A DNA stretch of 64,000 nucleotides, from assembly GCA_964016885.1 (NCBI GenBank), contig OZ024743.1:229834001-229898000 (forward strand), given 5' to 3'. Below the pieces are notes generated by a model. It saw nothing but the letters and a program-made list of their open reading frames with translations, made no database searches and was not told the DNA's origin. The position numbers were made by a program, and so were the translations under genes. Below are positions 58,378-64,000 of the stretch, one piece after another. How positions within the stretch are numbered: position 1 is the stretch's first letter; the number at the start of each line of letters is the position of its first letter. Origin of the DNA: Eledone cirrhosa. Taxonomy: Eukaryota.

Positions 58378-58582
58378 TATATATATATATATATAGTATA
58401 TATATATATATATATATAGTATATATATATATATATATATATAGTATATATATATATATAGTATATATATATATATATATATATAGTATATATATATATA
58501 TATATATATAGTATATATATATATATAGTATATATATATATATATATATATAGTATATATATATATATAGTATATATATATA

Positions 58583-58620
<38 letters not shown>

Positions 58621-58640
58621 TATATATATATATATATATA

Positions 58641-58674
<34 letters not shown>

Positions 58675-58840
58675 TATATATATATATATATAGTATATAT
58701 ATATATATATATATGTAGGAGGTGAGTTTTATTGTAGTACAATAAAGCAATGCAGATATCGGATAAGAAGCACTCTACAGTTTGTGGGACTGGAGTATGC
58801 ATAATATAAGATCAAAAGATGGTTAAAGGAGTTCAATATA

Positions 58841-58907
58841 TTTTATTATGCGCATTTCAAAAACAAACATCATCAAACAATAATATTTGTGTTTTCATCA
58901 GATAAAA
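58841..58907 (-). ncRNA. Type I hammerhead (left arm)
   Basis: Exact mirror of 59037-59103. Confidence 0.82.
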
Positions 58908-59036
58908 CAGGAGAACATGATATGAAGGCTAAAAAAACACTTGTTGATAGTGCAGTTTTAAATCAACATATCATATGTTGATTTAAAACTGCACTATCAA
59001 CAAGTGTTTTTTTAGCCTTCATATCATGTTCTCCTG

Positions 59037-59103
59037 TTTTATCTGATGAAAACACAAATATTATTGTTTGATGATGTTTGTTTTTGAAATGCGCATAATA
59101 AAA
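59037..59103 (+). ncRNA. Type I hammerhead (right arm)
   Basis: ttttat-CTGATGA-aaacacaaatatta...tgatgatgtttgttttt-GAAA-tgcgca-TA-ataaaa. Confidence 0.82.
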
Positions 59104-59297
59104 TATATTGAACTCCTTTAACCATCTTTTGATCTTATATTATATATATATATATATATATATAGTATATATATATATATATAGTATATATATATATATA
59201 TATATAGTATATATATATATATATATATAGTATATATATATATATAGTATATATATATATATATATAGTATATATATATATATAGTATATATATATA

Positions 59298-59331
<34 letters not shown>

Positions 59332-59409
59332 TATATATATATATATATATATATAGTATATATATATATATATATATATATAGTATATATATATATATAT
59401 ATATATATA

Positions 59410-59443
<34 letters not shown>

Positions 59444-59489
59444 TATATATATATATATATATAGTATATATATATATATATATATATAG

Positions 59490-59620
<131 letters not shown>

Positions 59621-59649
59621 ATATATATATAGTATATATATATATATAG

Positions 59650-59680
<31 letters not shown>

Positions 59681-59805
59681 TATATATATATATATATATA
59701 TATAGTATATATATATATATATATATATAGTATATATATATATACTATATATATATATATATATATAGTATATATATATATATATATATAGTATATATAT
59801 ATATA

Positions 59806-59841
<36 letters not shown>

Positions 59842-59991
59842 TATATATATATATATATATATAGTATATATATATATATATATATATAGTATATATATAT
59901 ATATATATATATAGTATATATATATATACTATATATATATATATATATATAGTATATATATATATATATATATATAGTATATATATATATA

Positions 59992-60051
<60 letters not shown>

Positions 60052-60063
60052 TATATATATATA

Positions 60064-60103
<40 letters not shown>

Positions 60104-60477
60104 TATATATATATATATATATATAGTATATATATATATATATATATATAGTATATATATATATATATATATATAGTATATATATATATATATATATATA
60201 GTATATATATATATATATATATAGTATATATATATATAGTATATATATATATATATATATATAGTATATATATATATATATATATAGTATATATATATAT
60301 ATAGTATATATATTTATATATATATATATAGTATATATATTTATATATATATATATATATATAGTATATATATTTATATATATATATATATATATAGTAT
60401 ATATATTTATATATATATATATATATATATATAGTATATATATTTATATATATATATATATATATAGTATATATATT

Positions 60478-60508
<31 letters not shown>

Positions 60509-60560
60509 GTATATATATATATAAATATATATACTATATATATACTATATATATATATAT

Positions 60561-61289
60561 ATATGAGAACAAACGTGCTGCGTGCTTGCAAATGGGTTAC
60601 ATATGAATAAAGTTAGTCCTTCATCAGTGATCTACCAACCATCATTGGTATTTCATCGCTTTAAAGACCATATACCTCCGGTTGGTGCGAGCAACGGCTA
60701 AAGAAAGTCGTTGGGACACGTAAATAATGGGAACGAGCGAGAGTGTAAACAAACACAGATGGTAAAGCAACGAAAAGTGAGGAAGAAAGAGTCAAGTCCC
60801 AGATTTCCATGAATATAAGTTCGGTGAAATCGTGAACGAGAGAGAATAAAGACCATCAAACCTAGTCGAAATGTGAGCAAGGAAGGAATTCCGCACAGGT
60901 CAAACGGGAGGAAGAAGGAGTCCAGTCCGTGAATTCGGTGAACATAAGTTCTGTGAAATCGTAGACGAGAGAGAGAAAAGGGAAACCAGCCTGCTCAAGC
61001 GTGCGAGAGAAAAGAATTACGCACAGGTCAAACGGGAGGAGGTAGGAGAAGTAGAAGCAGAGAGAGAGTGAGTGAAGGGTGAGGAAGAGGCTAACAGAGA
61101 GAGTCACTGTTAGAGAGGGTAAAGATACAGAGAAAGAGGAAGCAGTAAGAACGAAACAGACGGGTCACAGCGGAGGAAAATATATGTGTGAATATGAGAA
61201 CAACGGTGGTGCGTGTTTGCAAATGGGTTACATATGAATAAAGTTAGTCCTTCATCAGTGATCTTCCACCCATCATTGGTATTTCATCG

Positions 61290-61291
<2 letters not shown>
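60561..61291 (-). mobile_element. Non-coding element with about 100-bp terminal direct repeats (60561-60660 and 61192-61291), flanked by (TA)n
   Basis: atatgagaa..aa...ttgcaaatgggttacatatgaataaagttagtccttcatcagtgatct...ttggtatttcatcgct is repeated. The minus strand carries CTGATGAAGG. Confidence 0.75.
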
Positions 61292-61335
<44 letters not shown>

Positions 61336-61339
<4 letters not shown>

Positions 61340-61428
61340 GTTTCTACTTTAGGCACAAGGCCAGCAATTACCCAGTGCATTACTGGTACTTTATTTTATC
61401 GACCCCGTAAGGATGAAAGGCAAAGTCA
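61336..61428 (-). mobile_element. SINE family 1, 3' half
   Basis: Reverse complement of 4198-4290. Confidence 0.85.
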
Positions 61429-61497
61429 GAATAATCACAGGAGATAATTTTTATAAGTGTGTAACAACACATAGCTAGGTAGGTAACAAAATAGGGT

Positions 61498-61586
<89 letters not shown>

Positions 61587-61635
61587 ATAATAAACGGAGT
61601 TTGTTTCAACAAGTTATATATATATATATGTAACA

Positions 61636-61900
61636 TACGTCGGGCTGAAGGGGCCAAACTCCTCAAATACCGGTCGCTCTCCGTTTGCGGTCGTTCCCCT
61701 GGCAGTGGAGATTTCTGGTGTCCTCGGCCCCAGGGCTACCTCCTTACTCACCACCATAGGCGCTGAGCTGGCCAGCCGTAGGTGTGAGCCCCACGAATTG
61801 GAGTGGCTTTTCCAGCGCGTCTCCCTTGTCGTCCTCCGGGGAAACGCCTTCTCCATTCTGTCCGCAGGGGCTGTGGGTGGGCTCCATCGCGTACTAATAC
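61636..61900 (+). mobile_element. CRE-like non-LTR retrotransposon 3' fragment (RLE C-terminus)
   Basis: PLAVEISGVLGPRA...IG.......E..WLFQRVSLVVLRGNAFSIL matches the P..VE..G..G / QRLS..IQRGNA pattern of CRE-clade RLE. Confidence 0.7.
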
Positions 61901-62689
61901 ATTAATTAAATACCATTCTTTCATCTGATACAACACAATAAAGACTAACACTCCGTTTCCGATGACTATCACAGGAATAATTTGATGATAGCAAAGTGTT
62001 GTTTGTTGTGTGTTTAATTAGATTTCTTAACTTCTATTTTGTATCTGACCATTGAAGGAGTGTATCAAGTTGTGAAATCACGCAGCTTAGCTGTTAGGGT
62101 GTTTACCTGACCACCATAAGATCATGGGTTCAATCTCATTATGGCTTAATAAAGGCGTACAGCCATAAGCCAACCTTGTAGACATGCTTTCAATAACATT
62201 GGTTGTTGGTAATGTATATATGTTGGTAATGTATATATGAATACAAAATCTTAGGAATCTATATCTTCATCAGTGTTTAGAGGGTAAGATATGATTAGAT
62301 TGCTATATTTAGCAAATTATAGTCGTAGTAGTTGCTGTTATTTTTGTTGTTATTGTAAAACCAAATATCTGTTCTGATCTAGCAAACATATGGTAAAAAA
62401 TATTTTAGTCCTAATCTTCCCGCCTGTTTATATATCATTGTTGGTTTCTAATCCACTGCAGAGAAATAGCATATGGAATCATTTTGCTACCAAGACAAAA
62501 TCTCAATAGCAAAGGAATCTTTTGGGGTGTATCTCTGTTGCTTAAGATTTAAGAAGGAACAGGATCCTCTTTGGTGATAAAAGGCCAAGAATTCAGAATC
62601 TTTGATTGTGTTTGCTTTTCCAGGGCAAAAACCTGGGCATCGTGTTTTATAGAAAATAAGCTGTCACCCATAAATGCAGCTTCTCATAT

Positions 62690-62848
62690 TCACTCATGAG
62701 AAAGGCATTTACCGATACTGCTTGGTACCAGTGCCCACTTTTTCCAGATGATTGGATTGAGCCGCCAAAAATAAAGTGTCTTGCACCGATCGGTCTAGGA
62801 ATTGAACCAACGACCTTACGATCAGCCCCGTAACCACACAGCCGCGCA
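62690..62848 (-). mobile_element. SINE family 2, diverged
   Basis: Reverse complement gcgcggctgtgtggtt...ggttcaattccta...gcaagacacttta. Confidence 0.55.
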
Positions 62849-63294
62849 CTTTTACTGGATAAAATAATGGAACTTGGATTTACAAAATCATAAATTTAAG
62901 TCTTTTATGAAATCACTCTTTGCTGTCTTATGCAATTTCCCTAAAAGTCTCTAGTCCAGTCATATCCACATTTCATTTTAACCAAACAGCAACTATATAT
63001 AAATCTCTGGATTTTCAGGTTTTTAGCGTTGATAAGAGATGGGCAAGGAAAAAGAATAATGTAAAAAGATATTCAAACGAAGAGAAAGCGAAAAGATAGA
63101 AGAAATCTATCAAACGTTAAAATCCTAAACTAATGATTGCTGTTTATATACTATTCGATTAAATTGGGGTTTTAGATCAAGCTGAATTTCTCTCTCTGTC
63201 CCTCTCTCTCACTCTCGCTCTCCCTCTCTCTGTATGTATGTATATATATATACAAATACAAACACACCCATGCACAAATACACACACACACATG

Positions 63295-63356
<62 letters not shown>

Positions 63357-63586
63357 GTAATAATAATAAATTTGAAGACTCAAATCCAAAGAGGGCTCGA
63401 TAAGGATAAATATATAAGAACCGTAGAGCAAATATTTATTAAAATAACAGATTAAAGTTTAAGCAAAGTATCGCTGCTTTCACCCTTAACGGGATCTTCT
63501 GAAACTAAACAAAATCAATCTGTGAACGCAGAAGTAAATATTTCAAAAAACGTTGCAACCGAAGGAAGACAGGAAGACGATACTTT

Positions 63587-63868
63587 GGTTCGTGGAAACG
63601 TTCTCTGGCAAAGAACGGATAAAGACAAAGATGATACGTAATTATTTGGAGGGGTGAAAACAATTACACGCAAAGACAAAACCACGTTTATGGTATAAAT
63701 GAAGTCGTAGACTAATATTCTGTTAGGTGGTTCGTAGAGACGTTCCCTGGCAATGAACGGAAAAAACGAAGATAATACGTCATTATGTGGAGCGTTAAGA
63801 ACAATTACTCGCAAAGACAAAACTACGTATATGGTATAACTGAAGTCGTAGACTAAAATTCTATTAGG
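63587..63868. repeat. Two diverged tandem copies of an approximately 142-bp unit
   Basis: ggttcgt.ga.acgttc.ctggcaa.gaacgga...acaattac.cgcaaagacaaaac.acgt.tatggtataa.tgaagtcgtagactaa.attct.ttagg at 63587 and 63729. Confidence 0.85.
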
Positions 63869-64000
63869 AAACCGAATGATTCCCGGCTTCAGAGTTAAGA
63901 ATAAAGTAAATAAATTACAGAGGTAATTGAAATTAAATATATACATGCACGCAACCAAATACGTACAAACACAAGCATACGCGAAATCACCCGCAATGGG

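Larger units (their letters stand above)
58801..59143. mobile_element. Perfect palindrome (171-bp arms, 1-nt spacer at 58972) with a hammerhead in each arm
   Basis: ataatataagatc...aatcaacatat-c-atatgttgatt...gatcttatattat. No mismatch seen. Confidence 0.93.

Overview
AT-rich eukaryotic non-coding DNA with no recognisable host gene. The SINE content and the (TA)n/(CA)n density suggest a cephalopod (octopus-like) genome; this is an inference. The window is a patchwork of retroelements sorted by microsatellite. (1) Two clusters of Dong/R4-clade RLE non-LTR retrotransposons (two families) plus Tx1/L1-like fragments sit in (TAA)n tracts at 9.4-19.8 kb and 46.9-52.2 kb. (2) Decayed Penelope-like elements (RT plus GIY-YIG). 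(3) Degenerate RTE-like and CRE-like LINE fragments and many tRNA-derived SINEs. The standout signal is a dozen short non-coding elements in or next to (TA)n tracts. They are built as DNA palindromes (fold-backs of 0.13-2 kb, one with perfect 171-bp arms and a 1-nt spacer) or as tandem units. Most carry type-I hammerhead ribozyme motifs (CUGANGA...GAAA...UH) with self-complementary stem III and compensatory base changes between families. One shares its terminus and ribozyme with the coding Penelope copy at 161-3220, which points to a multi-family, (TA)n-associated, ribozyme-bearing fold-back system derived from Penelope pseudo-LTRs. All folds were read by eye and none was computed.
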